DNA of 64,000 nucleotides, taken from NCBI RefSeq assembly GCF_009914755.1, contig NC_060930.1; one strand, written 5' to 3'. Numbering within the stretch: the first letter of the stretch is position 1; each line of letters starts with the position of its first letter. The notes under the pieces are model-generated. The model did not search any database, had not been told where the DNA came from, and saw nothing but the letters and a program-made list of their open reading frames with translations. Shown one piece after another: positions 14,561 to 40,640 of this stretch. The translations under genes were made by a program, and so were the position numbers. This DNA is from the human T2T-CHM13v2.0 reference genome, Homo sapiens.

Positions 14561-15034
14561 CACTTATTGTTAAAAATAAGGGCTACCATTTTTGAGGGAG
14601 ATGAATGATACAAGTATACCAAAATCCTATTTAGAAACCTTTTCCAGATTTACGGCATGGAAGTAGCATGCAATTTGGTTTTTAGTCAGATATCTATTGC
14701 CAACAGAGTAAAACACACACTATGTACCAATGGAATTTAATGCTATACTGAAAAAAATATATTTATTTATATCTATTTTCATATTTCCTGTAACAGTAAT
14801 AGAAATACTTCCCTTTGTGTTTTTTTCTTTTTCTCCTTTAAAAAATCTCACTATATAACTCTGTCTCAACTTTCTTGAGCCTGATGTGAGATTAATCTGT
14901 TTCATGGCCTATACCAGTGGAAGAAGCATCAGGAATAAAAAAACAGAGAAAAGAGAAAAGGAAGCAGGAGATTTTATAGGTAATTACTATTTCTGTGATA
15001 CTGTGTGGTTAGGTGGTACGTTAGGTGGTACGTA

Positions 15035-19870
<4,836 letters not shown>

Positions 19871-22364
19871 TAATGAAAAGAATACCAAATGTCAGGGTCT
19901 GCTTGTATATGTACACTGTCAAATATACTTTCCCAGAGAACTAGGATTGTGTCTTACTGATTTCTGGATATGGGGTTCCCAGTACCCTGCTGGGTACAAT
20001 ATGTTTATTGTATCAATGACTGTAAATGGTAAATTTTTTTCTAATTTTTTTGTAGGATTTCTAATGCTAATTTTTATTTTTTACAGATATGGAGTGGAAG
20101 ATGTTCTGTCTTCATTGTGTGTTAAGTGTTGTGTTGAAAATTGTCACAGCCTGTTCTTTAAAAGATTTTATTTATTTCACTACTTTCAATATGTACGGTG
20201 AAACCAATCCAGCCATTTCTCTGAAATGTTATGAATTTCTCTCTAAATGTCACTTTTTAGGTTTAACTGGAAATCTTTTTTTAAGCCATGTTATTTTGGC
20301 TCTTGGCCCATAGATATTTCTATGTTTTGTAGCATTAAATCATAAAAATTTTCTTCAATTGAATGACATAAATGGAACATACTTAAAAAATATTTAAAGG
20401 CTTTAAAAGGAATCATTTGCACTTGAGTGTTATTGCAGGATGACCTTCACAAAGGATTGCCTATGCTACATTCACAACATATACATACATAGAAAGTTAG
20501 GCTGGGAAAAAACAAACAAACAAACAACAAAAAACCCAAAAAACAAAAATAATCAAAAACTAAAAGTAGAAGGTTTTCCTTTTTGAACTTAAACATATTC
20601 TGTGAACAGACTGAAATTGTGCTGAAATGTATTTGTATATATCAGTCTATATCAGGGAACACTAGCGATCAGGATGAGTTTCTTGGAGACATTTGGTTTT
20701 GTGCAGAGTTTCTCAGTGGATAGAAGCAGTGATTTTTAGTTTATTTTTCTAGGTCCTAGAAAAACTAAAATTTTATGGAAAAACTCCCTGAATTTCTTTT
20801 AAAACCTCTCTGAAAGGGTACTACAGTTATATCATTCTCTCTTAGGTGCTTGTAGGTAACTTGTTTTATGGGAAAAGTTGTATTTGGGAGCAAGTTCTTG
20901 TTTTAAGCAGGCTATTTTCTTAACCTCAGATTAAAAAACAACTTTAAAAGTAAACATTATACTACTTATACTATTGATAGTAATGCTATATTTTGTTTGA
21001 AAAGCTGAAAAGTTATACACTTATAAAGTAACTAAAAAACTTTATTATAGAAAATGTTAAAAATACAAGAAGTGGACAAAAGAGTATAACAAGGCCCTAT
21101 GCATCCATCTTAGTTTCAACAATGATAAACTCGTGGCCAATTTTATTTTATCTATTTAAACCATTTTGAGAAAAAATATCACTTTTCTGCTGTTCATTCT
21201 TTCTTTCTTCAATTGTTTAATGGTCTCATTTAACAGTAGTTTTAAAAAAATGTTCTTATTGAGATTATATAGAATATTTAGGAAAATTTTCTTCCCTCCT
21301 TGTTTTCATTTATTTTGAGGGACAGGACGGTTGTATACCTCGTCAAGACATAGTTCAGCTGGACAGGTGTGGCTGAAACCGTTCCTGTAGGTCCTTTTGG
21401 CTGCTCTTTGCTTTGGTGATATACAGTGACTGGTACCTAGCTGTTTTGCTGAAGAGTAAGATTTGAGTCTGTAGGTGGTACTGAGCTAAGACACAGCTTT
21501 AAAAAAGTCCTGGCTGTCCTTTGCCCAGCTGCCTGTCTTTGCACCGAGAGTGAAGACTGGTGGTACCCACGTGGCAAGTTTGACCCTCAAAAACAAATGC
21601 CCTGACCTTCAAGGAGGACACATGGAAGCATTTTGCGTCAATCCCTTTTCTTACTTTTTGATCAAAATAATAAATGGGTAGAGGGCTTTGCTTTTAAGGA
21701 GACACTTCCTTCCTAAGCACTGTTTCTTTGTGTTTTTGCTGTCTCCCTTGTGTGTGTACAATGGAGAGAATAGCTCAGGAGACACTTTGGCCAAGCCTAT
21801 TATGCTGCTATTCCATCTGTCTGTGGCAAACCAGAAAAAATCTGTGTTAGATCTTGCCTTATGGCAAATTCTGATCCACAGTTGCTGTTTTCCCACACTT
21901 ACTTAAACTTCTTTGCACATCTACTGGCACAAAGGCTTGAGGGCCTCCTTCTGAGTGTGAGATACTTTTATACATCCAGGCCCTCTGGCCTTGCCTCTGG
22001 CAGATGCAAATAAACAAAAGCCTGTTTGAAGCTGACTTCCAACGTTAGAAACTGGTTCATGGCCAGAACAAGAGAAGGCATATTAGGATGGTATGTGTGT
22101 TATCACTCATCTGGAGATTGGCAACATTTTCTAATTTGGGGGGGGTAATATATCTATTTTTATGTAATCTTTTGAAATGAATTAGTAATCAAGAAAGAGC
22201 CTCATTGGGGAAAGTGGCTGATTTTATTTAAAGACCTGTTTAAAAATGTAATGTGGTTTGAAAATAGATGAATAACTTCAATAAGTTTGGAGGAGGTACT
22301 TAAAAATGAATATTGGGCTGCATATTATGATGGTACTTATAGAATAAGGAAAAATATAGGTTAA

Positions 22365-22674
<310 letters not shown>

Positions 22675-23020
22675 TGTGTTTTTATTATAAATGAGAAACC
22701 ATATCATGTAAGAATGTCTCCCTTTCCTATGGATAATATAATAGTTGTTAAAATATATCTCTTTTCACAAAAATTCCGTTTTGAAGATACTATCCCTCTA
22801 TTGGGGGAATGAGAAAACTGAACATTTAGTTATAAAAATAACATTAACTAAATTTTACCAATCGAACAGGAGAAATAGATGTGACTGACAATCTCTAGAC
22901 TTTGAAGGGAAATCGAATAATTAGGTAAATCCACTTTTTCTATATCTACAACCTAAATTTTTTCAGCTCATGTATCTTCTCCCAAAGTCAGAACCATTTT
23001 CATTAGAAAATGGAATTTCA

Positions 23021-23379
<359 letters not shown>

Positions 23380-24179
23380 CTAGTCTTTCTTCACTGCACT
23401 TGGCCTATAGATGACCACCTTTGGGTTTAGCTTCATCCCTAGACCATTTAGCTGTGGTAGGTGTGGTTGCATCACTTGACCTACATTGTGAGGCAACTTC
23501 TGTGCAATCAGTTCCAGTGGCTGCTTTTCTTATGAGGGACCTTATGTGTGGCAAAACTTGGGAAATCAGAGTTGACTATAATATGTCTCTTCACCCTTTT
23601 GCCTCTGGGTCCTGTCTGCTGACATTCCAGCCTACACTGCAATTTGCTATAATTTTTCCTGCGCTGCTGGTTTTTCTTGTTTCAATTTTTTTCCCAAAGT
23701 AATTTATATGCCATAATTTTCATAGTTTTTCTGATGGTGCTTTTGATCCATAATTTCAATTTAATTCAGTTTGGGATAAAACTAGATGGCCTATTTAAAA
23801 TTCTGGTGCAGTTTTGCTCTCCTTTGACATTTCAATCTAGTCGAAAGATGAGTAACCAGATAATAGGTATTTGTTAAGATTTCCTTGGGAATTTTTGACA
23901 TCAGTGTGTCTTGCTCTAATTAATTTCCCATTCTTCTTGTCCCAGGATGAAGGTCGCTTGATTACAGCTGGTTTGTCTTGACATATGCTACTTCTATTGG
24001 GGTTTTCTGGGAAGCTGGAAGCAGACCATGCCCAGGGTTATTATGTGTTGTAAGGGGATGGATAGCTGTGAAGCTAGCCTATGGTTTCAGGGTCTAGAGT
24101 ATCTACCTCTTCTAACACGAGCTGCTATCTACCTACCAACTGGTTCAGGAATATTTAGTCACCCTTCAGGGCATGTAGC

Positions 24180-24440
24180 CTAGGCTTTCCAAAGTATGTG
24201 CCATGAAAAAGGGTTTATAGTCAAATATGCTGGTAAAATGTTGCATAATATATTATCCTTTTAGAGATTTATAATGCATATTAACATAACAAAGGTTCTG
24301 AGAAGTCCTGCAGCAAAGAAGCCTGCTTGTCTACAGATAATTCAGTATTTCCAAAATTTATTTTACCCTGGAACCCTACAATCAGCCTTATTTATTAACA
24401 TTTTCTGGAATTTGTATTAAAAATGCTCTTTTTTTGGAAT
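24180..24440. mobile_element. hAT-Charlie (Charlie4-like) relic
   Basis: ataatgcatattaacataacaaaggttctgagaagtcctgcagcaaagaa...tttccaaaatttattt motif. Confidence 0.55.
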
Positions 24441-25309
24441 TCTGATTTAGCCTGTTTATTTTAATCACATTTAAAAATGGCTTAATTTAAAATGCATTTT
24501 ACAAAGCAAATATTCTCTCTACTCTTATGATGAATCTCATACTGGGTACTAATTAGTCAGCAAAAAGAGTTCATTGTCATAGAGATTCAAGGGAAATGTA
24601 AACTGTATGCTATTTTTGATTTAGGTTGTCTTATGAAGATTTTTATGCTCGATGCTTTGAGCCCTTGAGCCCTTTTGAAACTTTATTCTGCCTCTTTTAT
24701 GCAGAAGTAAGAATAAGTAAGAATGTGACTATGGCAGTGATTAAAGGTGGTAGTAAATGAGCCAAAAATGAAATACTCTCTACCTCCCTTGATAAGCCAG
24801 GCCTTTCAAATGGAAAGTCATACAGTTAGTAACAAAAATTGCCATTACCAGAAAAATGTGGCTCAACATTCGGATCCCCTAGGGCTTTATTGTGGTCCAT
24901 ACGGTCCAGGGTCTTTCTTGGCAAGAGTATGTGTCCTTTCTGACAAGTTAGTTATGTAATCTAAGTGACCATTTTGTCCCATACTGACCTCTTGTTTATC
25001 TCTATTATTTATGAATTTTTGTGAACTGGTTTTATTTTCAGTCTGTTTAGTTTCTTAATGTACTGGATTGAATTGATGCCATCAATTGGATGAAAGGGTT
25101 GGGCCCATTGTCCTCAATCCCTCCTTCTTCACTCCCTTCCTTCCCAGCTGCCTACATGAGGCCTTCAGAGTCTTTTTGGCCTTGCTCTGTTTCACCACAG
25201 TCTCACTCTCACTCACGCCTTGCTGCTTCTCCAGGTGAGTATATAGTCCATGGATGTGTCCTGCCTCACCATCTCTGTCCCTTCTCAAGGAAAGGCTATT
25301 GGCCCATTA

Positions 25310-25650
25310 TATTTATGGAACAACTACTCTTTGTCCAGCATTGTGTTAGGAGCTGAGGAAATTAAGAAGATGACACAATTCCTGCACATTCAGAGCTAGA
25401 AATCTAGAATGACACAGGCAAATAAATGGATCCTGTTAATATAATGTGATGTATGATGACAGAGGTAGCACAGTGTTCTATGGCAGGTATGGAGACCAAC
25501 ATAGGGCAGTCAAGGAAGGCTTCCTGGAAGAAACGACCTGAAGTGACACTTGAAGGACAAATAGAAAATAGCCAAATGAAGAAGATCATGGTATTGAGGG
25601 CAGGTTTTCCAGGCAGAGGGCAGATTACAGACATAAGCATGGAAGTGTAA
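25310..25650. mobile_element. L2 relic
   Basis: tatttatggaacaactact...cagagctagaaatctag...gtcaaggaaggcttcctggaagaa. Confidence 0.6.
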
Positions 25651-25981
25651 GGCTATAGGTAATTTGGTATTGTTGAAGTATGAACTTTGAGGCCAAAGAA
25701 GTCAGGAAATGCATCCCAGTATCTTGTTCACACATAGACTCAATTGAGGCTAGATGACTTCCTGCAGAATGGCATCCTTTATCTTTGCTGGGACCCAAGG
25801 GAAGCAAGGAGGAAAATCACACTGTCATTAAAAGTATCACATGATATAGGAAGCTGAGGGGGCATGAGTGAGGTTTTCCATTCCCTTGGGATTTTTCCTG
25901 GTTTTTCTCTACCCTCTGTGTTTAAATAAGGTTTATTTTTGATGATGACTGGTCTTACTAGACTAAGCTAAGGAATATAAC

Positions 25982-26496
25982 TGTAATAGGTCTGTTGCAC
26001 AGCAAGTCAATATGCTGAGACTCCAGGTTGGAGCAGAAAAAGAGGTTTAAATATAGGACAGCCAAAAGAGGAAATGGGAGGAATCTTCAAATCCATCTAT
26101 TTGAAAGGCTTGGGGTTAAGATTTTTAAGGATTTTGGAGTGAGTCAAAGTGTGGAGATCATTGGTTGGTCAGAGTGCAGTGTGAAGTTATGGGACTGGGA
26201 GGTGAAGAAACTGTATTCTCAGGCTGATTCAGTTCCTCTGTGGGGGGTCTTTAAAATGATCAGCATCAGCTGTTCTGCTAGAATTCAGGATCTGCTTTAG
26301 CAATTCTTAAACAAAAGCCTTATGATTCTAACATCAGAAATCCTATCCATAGAAGCTTTGGGATGCAAATGGTCAGTATCTAGTGCTATGGTGACTTTCC
26401 CTTACAAGGAAGTGGGCCAAAGTGCAGCCTGATAAATGCTTAATTATAACTCTATTTCTATCCAGAATTCTTGTTAGCCCTGTGAGGACAGCTTTA
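25982..26496 (-). mobile_element. ERV1 MER4-group solo LTR (LOR1-like)
   Basis: Reverse complement starts ...CTCACAGGGCTAACAAGAATTCTGGATAGAAATAGAGTTATAATTAAGCATTTATCAGGCTGCACTTTGGCCCACTTCCTTG and ends ...TTACA. Confidence 0.7.
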
Positions 26497-28880
26497 GGAA
26501 CACCTGGAAAACACTGTCTCATATTAAAATGTTGGACATAGATATCTTGATGATAGCACTGAGGTTGAAGTTAATATGTCATTTTTATGATGTAACTATT
26601 CAACATTTTTTTTTTTTTTTTGTGAGCAGGCATTGTCTTAGGGCCTGGGCATATGTTGATTAGCAAAACAGAGGAGATTCTTTCCTTCTTGTCTTCTTGC
26701 AGCTTCTTGCCCAGTAGAGAAGAAAGACATTGGAAAGGTAATTATCATTGTTTTATGTACAGTAGAGGATTCTAACTAGTTTGTGAGTAAGAGAATGTTT
26801 AACAATGTTATTTTCAAATATAAGTGGACTGAGCACTTACAAAAGAAGATATCTGGAAAGAGTGCTACCCTTACCACTGGAATAAAAGCTAATAGTCATT
26901 AGTGTTGGGATTTCCTAGTAAAATTGGGCATATAAAGGAAGACTATCACTGAGCCAAATCAGTCTTAGAAATGACTATTATAGGGGTCAAAACAATTTGC
27001 TAATAGGAAATTGAAACATAAACTTTGTAAAAAGACCAACTCTTAACCAAAAGCCCAGGAATATTTTAACCAAGGGCTCCATCTGTCAGTAGGGGAGCTG
27101 CAGTGTGGCGTCTCAGAGGTTAGGTAATTTTGCTAGAACCTCACTGACTGTGGCTTGTGACAAATGACTGACCCCTAAGGCCACCAACCCTGGCTGCCTG
27201 GTGCTTTGCTTGGCCCCTGCCGAGTGGCTCCTATTCTCTCACCTCCGACCGGGCCATTCCTCTAGCCTAAGGCGGGTATTTTCATTATGATCCATAATCA
27301 AGTCGAATGGACTTTGTAATTGAATGAACATCACACACTGGAGACTTTTGATGGGCTCAGCTCATCAGGATTTGAGGGAGGCTGTGTGAGGGAGAAGAGG
27401 TGCGGGGGAGCTGGGCGCACTTGCTCTCGCCTGTGCTTTGCTTCAGTCATTTGCTGAAACAAATCAGAGGCAAGAATCTGTTTTCAGAGCCCAAAATTAT
27501 CAATTTACTATGGCATGAATTATAAACAAAAATTTGTGTCTTTAGTAATAACGATGAATGAAAACAAAAGTATTCCTGGCTGGAAGAATAAACTTGCTGT
27601 GTATATATGCAATTTATGGAGGTAAACTGTGCTTATCTCAGGTTTCTTCTCCATGTTCTGTCATGGGCACCAACACCTAACTTGAATGAAGGCGTACTCT
27701 GCCTGGGAGTACGTGGTCTGAGCAGGAAAAGGGTGAGCCTGCATGTCCTCGTCCTCTTCCAGGCTAATTATTGCTCACATTTTCTGTTGATTGAATAGTT
27801 ACCCTATTCACCAATGAATGATAGGACACTTTCCAGTGAGGCTGTTACATACGAAGTTGTGAACAATGAATGAGTTTTAATGCAGTGCATTGCTGAGGAG
27901 AGACAGAGAGAGAGAATGAGAGAAAGGATGTGTGTGTATTGTGTGAGGTGAAAGAATTTGTAATTGTTGGGTCAATGTAATTTTCTTCTCTGGTGGACAG
28001 AGCCTGTAGCATAAATCATCCTAATGGAGGAAGAAACTTTAAAAATAATATCTGATCTAGGATGTGGGTTATAACTTGCATCTCAAATGTCTCTATCTAG
28101 ATTACTGGGAATGAACAACATTGTACTTTTTTTTTTCATTCAGGGCCCTCAATACATGTTTTTTAAATTACTAGAGTGCCAGCAGAAAATTAATTTCCTG
28201 CCTACTATCTACTTTGAGTACTAAGACATATGTTGAATAGTTAGGAAACACTTGTAGGGGAGGTGGCATGAGTAGATAGGAGATAGAAGCAGGCCTGATG
28301 GGAGAAGTAGGTTGAAGTGCTTCCATAAAGAGGCAGAGAGTTGCTTTGGGAAGTAGTGCTTGCCAGAAAGTGGATGCACTGGGAGGAAAGTTCAGACAAG
28401 TGTGAACTCGAGGACAGTTGGTGGAAAGCCTCCACGTTAGACAGACCCTTCAGGAAATAAGGAGCCACTGCAGGATTTCGGTCAAGGAGTAACACAGCAG
28501 AGAGCATAGAGTTTGAGGCACTCCAGGGCTGAACAGTATTGACAAGATAGAGACGCCAGACAGGGAGTAGCCTGTCTTCTTAGCCCTGACCCAGAGCTGA
28601 GGTGGTGGGGACTGACCTACAGGATGGCTACGGAAGTGAGACATCAGATGAAGGACTAGAAAAACATGAAGAATTAGATGTGGGGAGGATGGAAAAAAAT
28701 GTGAATAAGAAATCATTTCAAATTATAAATCATGGAGGTACAATTATGGTGGTCCACAAATTTCAAGAACAACAAAGCCTTGCAAGTAGGGTGTTAAGAA
28801 ATGCAAAGGGGGTTCTTCTAAAATTAAATGAGTGCTTCAGATTATTACAAGAGTAGGAGATGCATGACCTGTGACGTGTG

Positions 28881-29027
28881 TTTTTTTTTTTGTTGTTGTT
28901 GTTTTTCTTTTTGATATAGGGCCTTGCTATGTTTCCCAGGCTGGCCTGAAACTCCTGGCTGAAGTGATTCTCCTGCTTCAGCCTCCCGGGAAGCTAGGAC
29001 TATAGGTACTTGCCACCATACCCAGCT
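28881..29027 (-). mobile_element. Alu monomer (FLAM-like)
   Basis: Single ~120-bp monomer with T-rich tail; imperfect TSD gacgtgtgttttt / gacatgtgttttt. Confidence 0.85.
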
Positions 29028-30574
29028 GTTGACATGTGTTTTTAAGACTGAGTCTTTCTTTGCTTTGGATCTGTATGGGTGCAAGATATGCTCTCCTTTT
29101 CCTTGAAAATTTATCCTGTGTATCCATACACATAAAGTTGGAAAAACTGTTTTCTCAAGAGATATAGAATGCAAGAAACAAACTTCTGAGATTGTTCACA
29201 TCAGTGCTAAAAAAGTTCAATATTTAACTAAATAGTATATTTAGTATCCAGACATGTGGTTTTCCTTTGGGAATCCCTGGTTGTGCCACCCTGCCAGTAG
29301 AACTACTGAAGAGAATGCTTGCTGTTAGAAAACAAACTGTACAGAGGACAGAAAAGGATGTAAGGATCCACAAAAACCTATGTAGGATCATTCATCAAAA
29401 TCTAGGATCACTCTTGTTCTCTTATCACAAAGATTTGAGCATTTTCTTGTGGTTTATATGATTTGCTGTTACATTATTAATTTCTTTTTGGGTAAGTAGG
29501 AAGTGATTTCATCATGCATAAATTCCATTCATTTTGTACTACTCTATAAAGCATATCATATTTTAATCGTCAGTTGTCCGGGGTTGCAGACAGAATGTAT
29601 GTCATGGTTACACAAATAGACACAACATACACTGTATGCATCTCAGTCTGGGCGTTCCAGAACGGACAGAAGAGCAGGTGGTGATTTTCTTACACAAAAT
29701 TTAACAGCCAATTCTTGTATCTTTTCTTGCCAAAATGTCTACAATCACAGAACTCTACTGATTGTCATTGCAATGTAAATTCATATATTGTAATATTTGT
29801 TTTGAAAATTTATATACTGGCTCACCATATGAACATGTTCTCATTGCCCACTCAGGCCTTTGAGCAATTTGCAGTCTTTTGTTAGCAGATAAAGGCCTTC
29901 AGAGCCTCCTATTTTGTGCCCCAAGTTTACCAGCTGCTATCCACTACTGGGCCTCATTAGAGGCCTGCTGCTCTGCTGAGAACCACACCACATGCTACAC
30001 CCTCTCTTGTCTGCATATTAGCCTGTTGCTGCTCCTTAAATTACCTGGTACAAAGGCTTGCTCTATTTCTCCACAGAGAGCTACCACTCCTATCCAGTCT
30101 GAAGAGGCTTTATATCATGATCTCTCAAACTAATTAAGGTTCGTGGGCAGGCCACAGGTTGCTGTAGAGGGACCTTCCTGAAGGCTGATATCTTTCAGAA
30201 TTCTTTTTTTTTTTTGGCAAAAGATTATTGCTGCTGTACCTTATGTTCAAAAGTCTGTTTTTAAAATTTAAAAAACTTCCTTGTTTTAATCTAGATGATG
30301 TATTTAATTTTACATTTCAAAAGTTATTTCCTGAGGAAAGTATAACATACTTTTAATTAAAAACTTTCAAAATAAAAGGTTTAAAGTATTTTCAGGGAAT
30401 GGAGTTAGTAAATATACTAGAAATGTATTTCCATGAAGGTTTATTGGAAATCATAGATTGTAACCAGTATTTATGTTAATTGGGAAGTATCTTTACTTTT
30501 AAATAAAAACATCACAGCTTTCTAATTTTTAAGAGGATTTGTTTGCAATTTCATGGTTTAAAAAATGAGTAAAG

Positions 30575-30870
30575 GGACCGGGTGCAGTGGCTCATACCTG
30601 TAATCCAGCATTTTGGGAGGCCGAGGCAGGCAGATCACGAGGTCAGGAGATCGAGACCATCCTGGCCAACACGGTGAAACCCCTGTCTCTACTAAAAATA
30701 CAAAAATTAGCTGGGTGTGGTGGTGTGTACCTGTAGTCCCAGCTACTTGGGATGCTGAGGCAGGAGAATCGCTTGAACCTGGGAGTGAGGTTGCAGTGAG
30801 CTGAGATCGCACCACTACACTCTGGCCTGGCGACAGTGTGAGGCTCTGTGTCAAAAAAAAAAAAAAAAAA
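30575..30870 (+). mobile_element. Alu (AluSc-like)
   Basis: gatcacgaggtcaggagatcgagaccatcctggccaac; poly(A). Confidence 0.95.
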
Positions 30871-31088
30871 CAGAGTTAAATAGTGTTGGTTTCCTTATAA
30901 CAAATAAAAAAAAATTGTCAAGAAATTTCAGTATTTCTGGGAAGAGCATTTTGATATTTTGGTTACCATTCAGAGAAAAGTGAAATTGCAAGTGTTCTAT
31001 ATTTTTAATAAAATGGATTGATAAAGACCTATTGGGACAAAATACACATTACTAAATGATTCTTCATTAAAGAAACATAGTTTACCTA

Positions 31089-31428
<340 letters not shown>

Positions 31429-32254
31429 TCACATGGCAAACTCCTCTCACACATTAATATGTAATTCAGTTAATAGACATTTTACTCACACATCGATTTT
31501 GTGAAGCAGGACAGTTTGAGTTAGGTAGGAAGGTCTGGCTTATCAACCTGCTGTACCTACTGACATGTCTCCCAAAGTACTTCCTAACTGCACATTTTGT
31601 TGATCGTGTAGCACTGCTTCTTCTTTCTTTACTCTCCTCTCGTTTCTTCTCTCTGTCCTTTATCTTTCCATATTTTATGAGAATCATATTTACTTGCTGA
31701 AATATAGCTTTGATATTTCCTCATCTGCTGATTTTTTAGGGAATTTGATTATTGATGTATTTTACTGACCTTTTCTTCTGGGTATCCCCTCATGCCAGTG
31801 TCTCTTCTATGGTACTGCCTTCCTTGTCAGCCAGGCTGATCTTCCTGGACACTTTCTTAGCCACTAAAAGGGAATGAGAATTATCTTGGCTTCTCAACTG
31901 GAAGTATTCCAGGTAGCTTTTTGAATGAAATATATGTACTTAAGTTGTGAATATATGCAGCAAGTATATCTGTCTATGAAAACTTAATATTGAGGACACC
32001 ACCACCAAGTATTATGTCACATATGAGATGAATTTCTGGTTACTGAGTCTATAACTGACTTACGGAATAAAGAAACCCTGAATCTAACTTATTTACATTT
32101 GTAAATAAACAAAAGATGGTAAGTGTGTCTGTCTAGCGCTATCCTTTCAGAGAGATGTTTTAAATGCTTTTGGGTAAGTAGGGAAGTAAAGACTATTTAG
32201 ATTAATTAAATAATACCATGCAAGCATTTTTTATGGGTGCAAATAAACACTTCT

Positions 32255-38383
<6,129 letters not shown>

Positions 38384-39049
38384 GTGCAAATAGACACTTC
38401 TAAAAGTAACTGTTGGACAGGCACAGGGATCATGGCAGCTTCAACTGTGATTTCAGTGTACACAGCACTTTAACAAATGTTGTTGATCTGAAATGAACTC
38501 TAAAGGGCCTATTTCTAGGACCTGTTGTGTTTTGTTGCATGGCTGGGTAGCTGAGGAGAAGAGATGGGGCATCTTCCTCTTGGAAGATGGCCATAATAGA
38601 TTAATTAAACAAATAATTATTAAGTACTTACTATGTGCCATGCATTGTTGTAGTCTGTGCTTGAAGTACAATAGCAAAAAGACAGACATGGTCTCTGTTC
38701 TCATGATGCTCATGGACTGGTATGGGATAGAGACAAATAAACAGAAAATTGCTCTCTGTGTTAATCAGAGTTATAATGGCAGAAAGCAAAGTGTGCTGAG
38801 AGGACAGACTGGTCCTGCAGGTAGTAGAAATCATCCATGTGTAGTCTAGACTAGGGAAACAAGCCTGGGGACTCTGGCCTTCACTCTCTTACTGGGGTTT
38901 TTGGACCTGGAAACATAAACCTTCATCTGCAGTACTCCTGGAAATGGCCATTGCTGCAGTTATCTCAGGCTGCCACTTAGGGACTTCTGTATTCTTTTCA
39001 GTTTACCAAGCCCTAAGGTGATTTTGTCTCTTTGGTATATGTGTGTACA

Positions 39050-39630
39050 CATATCACATAAGCTTTGCTGCACCATTTAAAAGTAAGTTGTAGAGCTCAT
39101 TATACTTCGATATCCATCTTCTAAGAATAAGATTTCTACACAAATCATAACTTCATCATTTCTAAAATAATTATCAATAACTGAATGAAGTTATCTATTG
39201 TCCAGTCTATTATTAAAATTTCCCCAGTTATTCTAAGAATGTTTTTATGGCTATTTTTTTTTTCTGGAGTGAATATTCCATTAAAGTTTCTGCACTAAAA
39301 TTAGTTTTTATACCTTTCTAGTCCCCTCCCCTGCTAGAGGTAACTATTATTAATGTTATTATTTTTACCTCTCTGGTCTATATTTTTATACTTTTGCTAC
39401 ATATATATCTAAAATAGTATATATAGTTTTACACTTAAATTTTGGTTTAAGTGGTATTTTATCTTATGCATCATCCAACTAACTCAACATTATGTTTCCA
39501 AGATCTACCCATGTTAATACATGTAGATCTAATTCATGCATTTTCAACTGCCATATATGTGTGAAAATGCCAAGCTTTATTTATCCACTTCTCTACTGAA
39601 AGGCATTTAGGTTGATTCCATTTTTATATT
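39050..39630 (-). mobile_element. L1ME-type relic
   Basis: agaggtaactattatt...actcaacattatgtttccaagatctacccatgtt...ttatttatccact...catttaggttgattcca. Confidence 0.6.
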
Positions 39631-40419
39631 AGCTAAAGTATTTTGACTTTTATTTTAGCATTGCCAGGAGACATAACAGAGGGTCTGTTATTAAATTAGA
39701 AAGATGTTTTTACAGATTAGTTAACTTTTGTTTTTGCTCACATTCTTCTGAGACTTATTCTGCCATGAACTTGGCTCCATTTTTATGACATGTTTCCTTG
39801 GCAGCCTCAATGTCAGATGGCAGGACAGTCTTTTTGCCTCCCAGGAACCTCCTCAACCACCTTTCTGCTAATATTGCAGACCAGAGTTCTCAAATCAGAA
39901 CTATCTAGGGAGATTTAAAAATAAACTGTTTAAGATTCTGATCTGGAGTGTGGCCTGGTCAGCCACAGTTTAGAACCACGGTCAGCCATTATCCGGATCC
40001 TAGAGAATAACTGTATGGGCTGGCGTGGGAGTCACATAGGGTCTCCTGCAAGGAATTGGACATCTGGACTGTGTCTTAGCATTAAAAATACTACGCTGAT
40101 GGTGTTGACTTAGAAGCCAAAGAAGGCTGCAAAAGACAAATGGCTGCATTTCTCCCAACTTCAGAGCTTTTTGTTATATTTCATGATTACTGAAAATCTT
40201 TCATTGAAATGTGGAGATGAAAGAATTAAATGTAAAGTTTCTTGTTGACACAATTTAATACATTTTAATCTTATTTCTCACATTGTTTTGGTACTACAGA
40301 AATGTTTGTCTCTTCTTAGATATGCTATGCTTCCTGTTATTAAATAATTAAAAAGATGTCTTGGTCAATGATTCTCTGTCTTCTGTCTTGACTCTCAGGA
40401 CTTTTTCTGGAAGGAAAAC

Positions 40420-40640
40420 AATCTATTGAGCTGTACCACATGGCAGGTACTTTACCTACAATATATAATTTAATCCTCAAACAAATAACCTTCTGAGGGG
40501 ATTATCTTCATTTTACATGTAAGAACATGGAGATTCAGGAAAGTTATTTGCCGATAGCTACAAATATAGCAAGTAGAAGGTAAAATATTAGAAACCAAGC
40601 TCTCCTGACTCCGAAATGTAGGTTCTTTCTATGCTTCTGC
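40420..40640. mobile_element. MIR
   Basis: ctattgagc...tttaatcctcaaac...attatcttcattttacatgtaagaacatggagattcag. Confidence 0.65.

Noticed and set aside
27080-27105. CTCF-like motif TCAGTAGGGGAGCT
   Set aside because: Misses core consensus positions; too weak to call.
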